Shown: positions 52,765 to 64,000 of the stretch, in pieces
Position numbering within the stretch: position 1 is the first letter of the stretch
Layout: each line of letters begins with the position of its first letter
From: Trichoplax adhaerens
Taxonomy: Eukaryota; Animalia; Placozoa
Length of the DNA stretch: 64,000 bases
Assembly: GCF_000150275.1 (NCBI RefSeq)
Contig: NW_002060944.1
Location: forward strand, 1,536,911 to 1,600,910
Direction of reading: 5' to 3'
Position numbers and translations under genes: made by a program
The notes under the pieces: generated by a model
What the model was told of the DNA's origin: nothing
Database searches by the model: none
Seen by the model: only the letters and a program-made list of their open reading frames with translations

Positions 52765-53870
52765 TACAGTACAGTGGTTCATATATTGGATTAATACATG
52801 ATGTACAGTACAGTACTAGCTCTCATTACACCGTAACGATTGATGATGATGTGGCGTTTTGTTGGCTATACCGTAGAATGTACAGTGTACACTGTACAGT
52901 ACAGTACAGTACAGAAGATTACAGTACAGTACAGAAGATTACAGTACAGTACAGAAGATTACAGTACAGTACTGTACTGTACTGTAGTGTTAGGTTTAGG
53001 CGTACTGTACAGTGTACAGTACAGTACAGTACTATCCTCTGTGCATTACAGTACACAGAGTACAGTACAGTACAGTACTGTACTGTACTGTATTCTATGC
53101 AGTGCTGTACAGTACAGTACTGTACTGTAGTGTACAGTACAGTACCAGCACAAGAAAAGAAAATTTGGGCACCAGCTGCACTGTGCTACAGTATACAGTA
53201 CTGTACTTATTGTACAGTACAATGTACATATTAGACAGTATTACAACAGTGAAATGAGCTGAAATGAGTATAATCACAAGCACTTACACTTACAGTTAGA
53301 CCTGAGAAAGGCTTAGTATTCTGTTTGAATCATGAGTATGCATGCATCTGTGTCAGAAAGAAAGTCTACCATTGACGTTCACCTACAGTACACTAAGTAC
53401 AGTACAGTTAGTCGTGCACTGTACTGTACAGTACAGTACACTACCTTGCACAGTATGACCGTACAGTACATTGCACTGAACTGTGCTTTCCGCCCTCTCT
53501 TTCTTTTTGACACTTGAGACTGTGCTTTTAGTAGTACTGTACAGTACTGTACACTGTGTACAGTACTGTACTGTACAGTAATTATACATAATTAATTAAT
53601 TAATTAATTCTACTGTACAGTGTACAGTACATACACACTGTACTGTACTGCGTTGTATACTGTACACTGTACTGTACTCTGTACTGTACAGTACAGGGTT
53701 AGGGTTTGTACTGTAATCCGCTACGGTACGACCGTAGTCTCTACTGTACTGTACAGTACAGTACATGCTACTGCTACTACAGTAAAGTACTGTACTGTAC
53801 AGTACTGCACTGTAAACTCTACTGTACTTTACTGTAATTAATTAATTAATTAATTAATGAATTAATGAAT
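52765..53870. repeat. Large CAGTA/TACTG palindromic array with a 20-bp x3 tandem and (TAAT)n blocks, in the SLC38A10/WDR45B divergent promoter
   Basis: About 1.1 kb dominated by ACAGT/ACTGT units, with ACAGTACAGTACAGAAGATT x3 at 52901-52960 and (TAAT)n at ~53589-53608 and ~53835-53858. Confidence 0.92.
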
Positions 53871-54186
53871 TTACAACTAGTTTACATACAGTATGACTGT
53901 AGCCAAAGTGGAGCAGTACATTTTCTAACATGGCGATCTTGTTATTGTAAACTAAGCCGAAGTTGATTTTGGAACCAAAATTGACTGTCGTCTATCTTTG
54001 CATTAGTAATTACAAAGTTTTTTTTATAAGGAAGACTAAACTGACGATAAATACGCAAGCCAATAGCCAGTAACCAAGTGCTCCACCGAATACAGTATTC
54101 AAGGAAATTACGCCTATTGATGTCTACTTGTATTACAAACGAATATTTTACGATTAATCAGTGCTAATTACAATATAAAATTAATC

Positions 54187-57100
54187 ATGCAAGTCAACAA
54201 AATTTTCACTCAAAGAAATGGCATGCTTTATTGTGGCTTTAATCAAGATCAAGGTAACTTATGATGATGATTTCATAACTCTTCTCCTATACTAGAATAC
54301 TTTAATCAGTCATTATACGTACTGTAACATAATATAGGGAAAATGACTGATTTGCCATTGCATAATATAAATATAATGAATTCATTAATCTATCGATAAA
54401 TTCATGCGAAAACTCGCAACCAATATTGTTGAGGCTACGTGTTAATCGTTGGCGTGTAGCGTACGAGTATAATGGCGCAGCAAATGTGCGTATAGCTTTA
54501 TACAATATGCGAGGAAGCATTTCTAGAAATAGACAACTTTGTAGACTACTATACGAATGAGTAAGGCGTAATCTATCAGCAAACTGAAATGAAGCGCTAT
54601 CTGTATCCTTAATACGTGCATATATCATTACCCTAAAATTCTATATTAAAGCGTCAATCCTTCAGCTACAGTATTGTACAGTACTACTTGAGCAGTTGGT
54701 AAACCTGTAAGGTTAAAGTGGAGCTCACATAATTATTGATAGTAAATAGCATTAACTCATTCTAGCATAAAACGTCTCAGCTTGCGTAAAAAAATAGACA
54801 TAGAGACATACCACAATCTAAAAAAAGTAATTGATAATGATTTGCATATTTATACTTTCGACAATAGATGTACGCGTACATTATCAAGGCAGTAATTATA
54901 ATATTCACCTGCTGACATTACAATGTTAACTTTCCATCAAAGATAATTTTGATGTATTCCACCGAGGGATAGTTTCAACCGAATGTAGGTTTCTAACTAT
55001 GAAACCATTAATCACGTACATCTGTCGGGCTATATGCTGTAGCATACAGAAAAAATATTTACTTTCATATTTCCTTCCATTACATAGGTTGCTTTGCTTG
55101 CGGTATGGAAAATGGATTCAGAGTCTTTAACTGTGACCCACTAAAGGAAAAAGAACGCCACGGTAGGGAAAATAGAGTTGTTTAAATTAATTAATTAATG
55201 AATCGACTTTTCACTTAAATATGACAGTTTTAGGATTGTACTATGCACTACTACACTAGCGATATATTCTTGATACTTGTAAACGGACAGTTCTGATTGT
55301 ATTCCATAACTATAGTGACGGTTAATAGTAGTAGTCATGTGTAGTAGTATTTTTATGAGATAAAACAGACTGAGTTAATTAAAATAGATTTACTCCAGTT
55401 CTTCCTCGTAAATTGATCGGTCCATAATCGATTCATTGTTTTAATACGATACTCATATAACATACCTTAATTCTTGCTAAGTTACTATCTAAATATCTTA
55501 TGCATTCACTGAAGAATCACATAACTAACATATATCAGTTTATATGTATGTAACTCCTAAATTATAATTATCCAATTGTTCCTGATTAACCAACAGGATT
55601 ATTCTGATACCGAAATTGACGTAATTGTAACCTTAACGTATCTACTTTTTTAATTAGATTTTGATGGAGGCATCCAACAGGTAGAAATGCTGTTTCGATG
55701 TAATTACTTGGCTATTGTTGGTGGAGGCCAGAGCCCAAAATATCCGCCTAATAGAGGTACTAATCATCGTAATATGTTTTCTATATAATTGTCTGTTATA
55801 GCCTGCTACTTATGATCTTAAATTTTAGAAACACAACACTAAATATACAGTACGCGGATTGCAGTTCACAACTATTTTCCCTTAATTTTTTAGTGGTAAT
55901 ATGGAACGATGTGCAAAAGAACAGTGTCATTGAGTTAAACTTTGCTACAGAAGTTAGAGCAGTTCGCCTACGAAGAGATAGGTTAGTTCGCAAAACCTTC
56001 GAGTTTTATATAAATTATCCAGTTTCAACGATATTTTTCGAGAAGTAGTCTATCAGTATATCATACAAGTGAAAAAGCTGTTACAGTATACAGAGTGGTC
56101 AATAAATGACCTGATCTTATTTTTGGGGAGAATTGAATATCCACAGATGTTATTTTAAATACTGTGCGGCATTATTTGCAGAATTGTTGTAATACTTGAT
56201 ACAATGGTAAAAGTATTTACCTTTACACAAGCACCACAACAAGTACATGTGTTTGATACCTGCAGCAATCCTAAAGGTAATTTATCTACCAACATTGGGT
56301 AACAAATAATTACGTGTACAGTAAGCGTATATTTTATTAAAAGCATAATCTACCGCTATTACTATAATTATTAATCGCCATGGTGTAACGCTGACTTTTT
56401 GTTATCGTTTTCAAAAGGAATTGGCGTTTTGTGTCCGAGTAGTAGTAATTCCTTGTTAGCTTTCCCTGGTGTCAAGCTTGGTTCAGTTCAACTGATTGAT
56501 TTAGGAAACGCTGAAAAACCTCCAGCTATAATCGAAGCTCATGAAAATGCCATTACGTGTATTTCTCTCAATCTTGATGGTACACTGTTAGCTACTGCCT
56601 CTGAAAAGGTAACTCAAATTAGTTACTCGTACAATTAATTTTATATACAAATTATATGCTATTTATGATATAACGAACTATAAAGATGATAATTTGATGG
56701 ATATTCTTCGCAAAGGTGACTAGTACTAATATGCATACTTTTATGCTAACATTTGATGAGCATGCGAATGATACTGCAACATAGTGTAAGCTACAGTGTG
56801 AATCGTGATACTTTAGTGAAGCTTTGTATTTCTGTAATGATACTGTATCTTGTAGTAAATCAATAAAGTTTTGCTTTTTAGTGTCGCTATTATGTTTATG
56901 ACTATACTAATACTGTAGAACTGCATATCAAGCAATATTCATTTATACGTTCAGCCCTCAAATCGCTTTTTCATCTATTTCCTACAATTCGTCTAATTTC
57001 TGATGATAGCATGCCCTAAAAATCTGGAATTCGATATAGTTAAGGTTATTTGTATATTTACCTGATTATGACATGAGTAGTTCCCCAAAAATTTACTTCA

Positions 57101-57936
57101 GACACAGTGTTTCATTTTTAATTCATTTTTAATCCGGTATACTGATTTGGTATAGGGTACGCTAATAAGGATATTTAATACTGCGACATGTTTACTGGAA
57201 AATGAGTTAAGGCGTGGCACGGGAAATGCCTTTATTTATTGGTAAGTCTACAAATTGACTGACATTGATTAAATATATTTAAAGGCCACTCATTACTGAT
57301 ATAAGTAACAGTGACGTAAGTATAAAATCTAAAATTACAAGTTTAAGGGATTTGCTAGTGTCCGATACCTACATGGATAATTTTTTTTTCATTTAGTATA
57401 AATTTCAGTCCTGAATCTTCTCTATTGTGCGTGGCCAGCGATCATGGAACTATTCATGTTTTTAATATAGCCGATCCGAAAAAGAACAAGCAGTCCAGGT
57501 AGAATATGTTTTGGAATTAGATACTCGAGCTTGTTGTTTATGGAAATAATGGCTTAATTGATGTATTTGCATAATTTCACATTACCTCTTGATAGTCTTG
57601 CTGGTGCGCACTTTCTTCCCAAATATTTCAATTCTCGATGGAGTTTTATGAAAATTCAAATTCCTAATGGTTGTCAATGTATATGTGCATTCGGAAATGA
57701 CAGCAATACAGTCATTGGTAAGCCGCGATACTGTATTTAATATAATTTGCTATCGTATCAAATTTCAGTAAATCTGTTTTATCTTTTATTACATACCAAA
57801 TAATATTTTGCTCATAATTTATCCATCAGCTATCTGTGGTGATGGCAACTACTACAAGTTTCAGTTTAACGAAAAAGGAGAATACAGTCGAGAGATGAGT
57901 CAAAACTTTTTAGAAATGACTGACGGTGGTACATAA
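54187..57936 (+). CDS. WDR45B: WD repeat domain phosphoinositide-interacting protein 3 (WIPI3, PROPPIN family)
   Basis: [103 protein letters not shown] and FLEMTD are near-identical to human WDR45B motifs. Confidence 0.95.
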
Positions 57937-59052
57937 GGGCAGCACTTTCACAATATAATCTCTTAAACGCTTGCTATTGAAATGATATGTCTGCACTCTC
58001 AAAGTAATAGTTTATTATTTGCCTAAAAATAATCATCCTAATTGCTAATTGTATGAGGTAAAGAAGAAATCAAGTATCATTCCTAATATGGAGAACATCT
58101 ATCTTAAGTTTCCAAACCTAACTAGGTCTATAATGTCACTCCTATTTGATTTACGATAACTGATTTTCTCTAATTACTTTTTTATAACTGTTTTTGTTAA
58201 AGATTCAAATTTTATAAATTTCTTGCGCAGATTATGTCACTTTATATTTTCGTTTCCCAACTGTAATATTAGTAATTGTATTACAGTAAAACTATTATCA
58301 ACTTCTTGGTGGTGCGTTATTGCCAGTATAACAAATAAATTAAACGAATAATGATATTTTTTAAGACTATGTTAACATGCATGCTGTTGGTATGCATCTA
58401 CAAGCGACTGTAGCTTACCCCAAATATAGATTCTCTTAGTTGTAGAACGATTATTGTATTACCCTCGGTAACTGTATCAATCTGATTTTTTGTTCATAGG
58501 CTACAAGATAATATTACTTGATAAATAAGCATAGCCCTTTATAAAGATATCCATATATTTTATTTCATACACAGAATTAGATTGTACTAATTAGCCATCA
58601 TTATAACTGATCTATATTCATTTTATATGTAGTATTTCGAATAATATGCGACCTGTAAAGGCGATTTATTCCTATCCTAAATAAAATTAACTTTAAAAAC
58701 AAGTATTGTATAAAGGTCCATGCTTAGTCATTACAAGTAAATACAATTCACCAAAATGTGTGGTTGTCAGTGCGCATTATATTTTATTTTGTTTAACTAT
58801 AAATACATATTTGAAGCTGGTGTGGCTCAGAAACATAGCAGTTATTTATAAAATGATTTTAATTCTCATCATTACCGCTTTTGCGTGATAAATATAGCAC
58901 ATATCCTTATTATCATTTGTAATAGTAATAAAAAAGTAAGGCGATCGCTTCATAATCTTCGGCTAAAAATAAGCAGCTCCTTCTTATTCGATCTCGCAAT
59001 AGCATATAAAAGCAATGTTAAATAATAGTATTTTCATCGTTAATCTTTCTTC

Positions 59053-62000
59053 TTATCTCGAAAAGTAAAATCTGTGCATATTAAAAAAAATAATATTAAA
59101 ACAGTTTGAATCATTAACAGTCGATACGTGGAATACAGTGCGAACAACACTGTTATAAAAAATAGCAATAAAATAATCCGTGGTAGCTGAAATTTGAAAG
59201 CTCTAAAAACATCAAAATACCTAGTTAGATCAACAGCAATTGATATTACTTATGATTACTATCATGTTATTACATTAACAATGGTACTTGTAATGGTACA
59301 GTACTTACATATCCTCGTAAAAACTCGATTTCTGAAATAAAACTAGTAAACCACAACTGGCTAATAACGATTCGTGCATAAAAGGGTCAGGCATCACATT
59401 AAATCCGTATCTGTTTAAAAGGCAAGATCGTTTATTACAGTTGATCAGTTACTGCTTTCAATGTAACACAGGATGGCCGATTAGAAATTAATTGCTACAT
59501 CGTAAAATCTTACCTCAAATTTTTGAACCACATGATTGCTGAAGGAATGGTAAGAAAGGAACTAAGAAGACTGGAATTTAGTAATAAAAAGCATAAATCG
59601 GAACTGCCACAATATTCTCTTTCTTTATTCTGTCTAGAATTGATAATTGCCACAAGCTACGAATTTATTATAAAAAGTGGAATACAAGAAAATATAAATT
59701 TAATAGAAATTCTTGTTAAATTTACATATATCAGCTTAGTTCTAATCACTTTTGGTTTCCTAGCTTACCTTAACATAACAGTACAAAATGGTACAATATA
59801 AACCCAGTGCCCCACACATTGTTAGGCAGATAGTTATAACTAGCAACCCGAATATGATATTAAAGTATAAATTAAAGCATATGGCAGTAAAAATGTTTCC
59901 AGTTAGACGAGCCATGGATAACCACCTTTTAGGACATACAAAGATAGTTAGATATTGCATAATCATCAACATCCTAGCATATTTTCAGTTTTTAAGCTGA
60001 TTCGATGACAGTATTGATCATTCCTTGAATGATAACTACGACTAGAGAAAAGCTAATAAGAAATAGTTACCATCAATTCGTTTCCCTTTAATTGTAAAAA
60101 TTACCTAGATGTAAATCTTAATACAGAAGCAACACCATAAACCAGCCAATCCATGATACAGAACTGAAAATGTAACCCAGAAATGCTAAACATATGGATC
60201 ACCGATAGTAAATAGGTCGACCATTCACCAGATTTCATTACGTTAAAAATGTCGGGTTGTGGGAAAATTGGGAAAGGCCATGCAAATTTAGAAAACGTCG
60301 AACTAGATAATTTGGTATAAATTAGTAGATAATGAAATCTCGAAATCTGCCACCTTATTCGTTAAGTATAGTTTAAGTAACATAATTTTTCAATTTATTG
60401 TAGCATAAATACACAATTAAAATAAGTTTCAAACCTGAATAAATAACTAAAAGAAACTAAAGATGCAGCAAATTTCCATCTTCGATCTAGTTCTTGATTC
60501 AGTAATGTTTTTATCGAGAAATGATCTGAAGTTTGTTGTTTTAACGCTAAAGCAACACCTGGGCTAGTATTTAGCCTTTCGTTACCATCTTGGCTATCAG
60601 TAGATTTTGATTGATAAGTTTCTAACGAGTATTACATTAAAAGTCTTAGAACGCGCAGGCTATCATATATTCTTAATATCAAACACTCACATCAACGCTA
60701 CTATGTAATATCAGAAACGCTAGTTGTACACATATTACCAAATAAATAAAACTAGAGACAATAAATGAGATCGACGGAAAAATATACCATTGACATATTT
60801 CACCAAATTAAATGCCAGCAAAATGATAATTGCCATTGTCCATCCCGGTAGAAAGATTGCATAATAACGAACCATCTGTGAGTAATAATTTGCCATTACA
60901 TATACGTATCTCTTTAACAGTAGTTTTAATTTTATTTAATTGGATATGAATTACAAACCTGTCCAAGCAGTCGTGTATAATCGGTAGTAACAATAATCTA
61001 GAATGAAGTTAATTCTCAACCTTAAAAAATGAATTGTACAAGAGCATTTGAAGTGCACATTCATGGATACTAACTTTGTAGCGACATTTAGCGTTTGTAC
61101 TCCAGATAGTTAGTCGAATACTCATGTTCTGATATTTGTTATCATTTGGCCTAGGTGTCTGCATTGGCATAGATACATTTTAGCATTTGGCTGCTATCAT
61201 TCTCTTATAATAAAATGGAGTTTACTAGGCAAACTTTTATTATAGATATGGGTACAAGTATTTGATACTTTTACCTAATACAAAACTCAAAATCAACCAA
61301 CAACCTAAATTTATACTGTAGTGTTGTCATAAGCGTTTAAATTTCAACTGCTAAAAATTTAGTATCTATAACTGCTTGACAGTTATAGCTGGAAGTCTAA
61401 GCATATCCTCATTATTCTAGGTACTATACAGCACAAGCATATCAGACTTCTTCGGCACCAGCTAGTATTATATGATTAGTTTTGAAATCGGGTTGTTCAT
61501 AGCTTATGATCACGGTGTTATTTCAAGTAGACTAATTATGCCCCGATACACTACATACATTTAAAATATACATACTTGCATATAAATAGAAAAATTTAAT
61601 TTCCCATTATCCTCGGGTCTAAAGAAATTAGATCTTTTTAATTTTAAGTCATTGAGAACGGAAATACGTGTATTCCAGCTAAACGATATTCTTCAAATTT
61701 TTAAATAGTAACGGCTATAAATTCTTTATTTAGATATTTCATTTACCTAACGTATCGAAAGACATCTTCATGAAACCACGGAACATGAAATTGAATAGCT
61801 AGTTCGATTAAACGAAGGTACAACGATTACTTAGGTGAGAAATCATGTAGCAAAACAATAAAAGAAATTTGATGTTTAACAACTAGTTATGTAATAGAAA
61901 ATACAACAGTTATTTACGGAAAGAGACTATGCAGTAAACGAATCTAAAATCTAACGTAAAGGTAAAATAGATAGCTTAATAATATTGAGTAATAAATAAT

Positions 62001-63985
62001 TATTGGTAGTACTAAATTGAATACAATGTGATGCAGAATAAAATATGCAATATCTTACTTGTATGACGTAAACAGCGATCACTACTATTAATTTGAACGT
62101 AGTATGCTTCCCATATCTTGAAGAAAAGATTAGTCATTAGTGCTTTTTATTTTGTATGCCATAAATAATATTATGGACTAACATGCTAAAAGTGAAAATA
62201 ATTGAAGCAAATAGTATTTGGTTTATTAAAAACCTGCCGCATGTCCGGTAAATTGTAATTCAGAATATACTGATCATTATCATCAGAATCAACCGCCGTA
62301 AAACCCACTATGGAAGGCAGCCGAATATGTTTAGTTTTTACGGCATCGCGATAAAACTCAGCGAATACAGAATCCTATAAAAATTATATAAAAATTTAAA
62401 ACTTTCGTCATATTGTATAATCTTTTCCAAACACATCAATAGATAAATATTGTTATATCCGAAAATTAATTTTTTACTAGTTACACGCAATAGATAGAAT
62501 ATTTATGACCTACATGAGTTGCTGTAGACACCATGACATGAGTAGCTTGAGATAATTCGGAGTTAATATTTACGTCCAGTAACTTTCAAGCAAATAAAAA
62601 TTAGAATAATATTATAGTGTCATATTGACGATTTTCGTTGTTATTTAGCAGCCGCGAAGGGCTAACGAGGAATGACACAGTATTTACAGTGTTTAAATTA
62701 GGAATAACATAAAAGAATTAATTTACCTTTAGAGTACCTGTGGCATGGGGGATTATCTGCACGTGGTTTAATAAGTCGCTAGGTGAATCGCTTCATAGAG
62801 TAATGTTATAATAATTAATAAAGTTTCTCATCTTTATATATTTGCATAAAGCTAACTTAAATGATTCTATTTACCATTTGTGATAGTCTATACCGTTACA
62901 AGAAATAATCCAAGCATTAGCATTCTAGATAAGATCATATCGAGCAATTGAAATCGATTAGCCGTCTTTGTTATTCTAAGTTCTATTTTGAATCAGGACC
63001 ATAACATACATTTTGTAATTTTATAGGCGAAATTTGATTTACAAATTTTGAATGCAAGTATTTGTACATATGACTTAGGCATCAAGAGCTAAGAGAAGCG
63101 AGCGGCTCTACTACTTATACAATTACAGAAAATTCGATCAAAATTCACAATCCTACATGATCGATTAACGTAATACCGATGTGGTCATTAACAAAAGTCG
63201 ATCTTTAGCTATTCTTTGAGGTTTTAACGGGAAGGCCATCAGGCACCTTTTTGATGATTGCTATACATTTAATCAAACGAATTATGTAATAATTAATTAT
63301 CTCTATAAGGGTCTCATAGTCATTCGAGCCGGTTATTTCAATGATAACATTGTGGAGATACTATTCAGGAACTGTCTTTAATAATATTTATACCATAACG
63401 CTCTCGTAGATAACATCGTGAAATAGTATGTACCTTCCTGTGTAAACCGTTACTCCAAATTCTCGAAATACAAATATTTACTGGGCGCTCTGAATTATCA
63501 CAATCAAAAAAAATAATGTCAACAATTTAGACGTCTACAGTATATCATATTTTATAATGTATAAGTTAATACCAACGAAATTAAGCATATCTTAAAACCT
63601 TGATCTATTTTTAAGAATTTTTTTCCTAATTTATAAGGATAATTTCGCATCCCATTATGCTTAATTAAATGATGCGCTAATACATTCCTTCTTTTAGACG
63701 TTGATGATGATATCTAATTGAGCGAAAGAAGACCGAATCGTCAAGATATCAACAACAACTAAAATTGCTTCATTAAAACTCCAACCTGCCCATGTGCTTC
63801 AATCATATCGTACAATGCGCGAACAATCGCTAAGACTAATTCCTTGCACCTAAAAGTAAACGACAAGTTAGTTAGTGTTATGTTTGTTACATACAAATTT
63901 CGTTTTGATTAGCATATTTTAATAAATCTGACCATACGATACAACGGTGATCTATCGTCAGCCATGTGCGTGGTACAGCAGTCGT
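59053..63985 (-). CDS. PGAP1: GPI inositol-deacylase (PGAP1/Bst1), 3' portion; the gene starts beyond the right edge
   Basis: TTAVPRTWLTIDHRCIVWCKELVLAIVRALYDMI (human [22 protein letters not shown]), SQMVRYYAIFLPGW, ICLTMCGALGL, IPSAIMWFKNLRYGFNVMPDP (human [21 protein letters not shown]) and LFALYSTYRL. The exact last exon boundary is approximate. Confidence 0.9.
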
Positions 63986-64000
63986 CTACGTTGGATAGAA

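Noticed and set aside
60787-60896. Apparent separate membrane-protein gene starting MANYYSQMVRYY
   Set aside because: It is an internal exon of PGAP1 (matches QVVRFH...LPAY), and upstream PGAP1 exons are present at 63.8-64.0 kb.

Overview
AT-rich, compact, intron-rich animal genomic DNA with mostly ~70-150 bp introns. Gene content and style suggest a placozoan such as Trichoplax, which is an inference. Eleven protein-coding genes can be read by stitching exons by eye: the 5' end of a Cav2 voltage-gated calcium channel alpha-1 subunit (-, running off the left edge), HAP40/F8A (+), HGS/Hrs (+), two intronless CAD-type medium-chain dehydrogenases (-), Axin (-), NUP85 (-), a biotinidase/vanin-family nitrilase (+), SLC38A10 (-), WDR45B/WIPI3 (+) and the 3' half of PGAP1 (-, entering from the right edge). 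Four observations stand out. (1) Cav2 carries an AT-AC minor-spliceosome (U12) intron that the ORF track cannot show. (2) Both intronless dehydrogenases have lost the two catalytic-zinc cysteines, and one has also lost the structural-zinc site, so they are candidate horizontally acquired, zinc-independent reductases or pseudoenzymes. (3) Palindromic CAGTA/TACTG arrays sit only at gene 5' ends and divergent promoters. At the Cav2/HAP40 promoter they are interleaved with a triplicated, partly inverted ~110-140 bp unit and an insertion flanked by 9-bp direct repeats. (4) Five genes whose human orthologues lie on 17q24-25 are clustered here. Most short ORFs in the supplied track are artefacts of the pentamer repeats, intron read-through or antisense frames.
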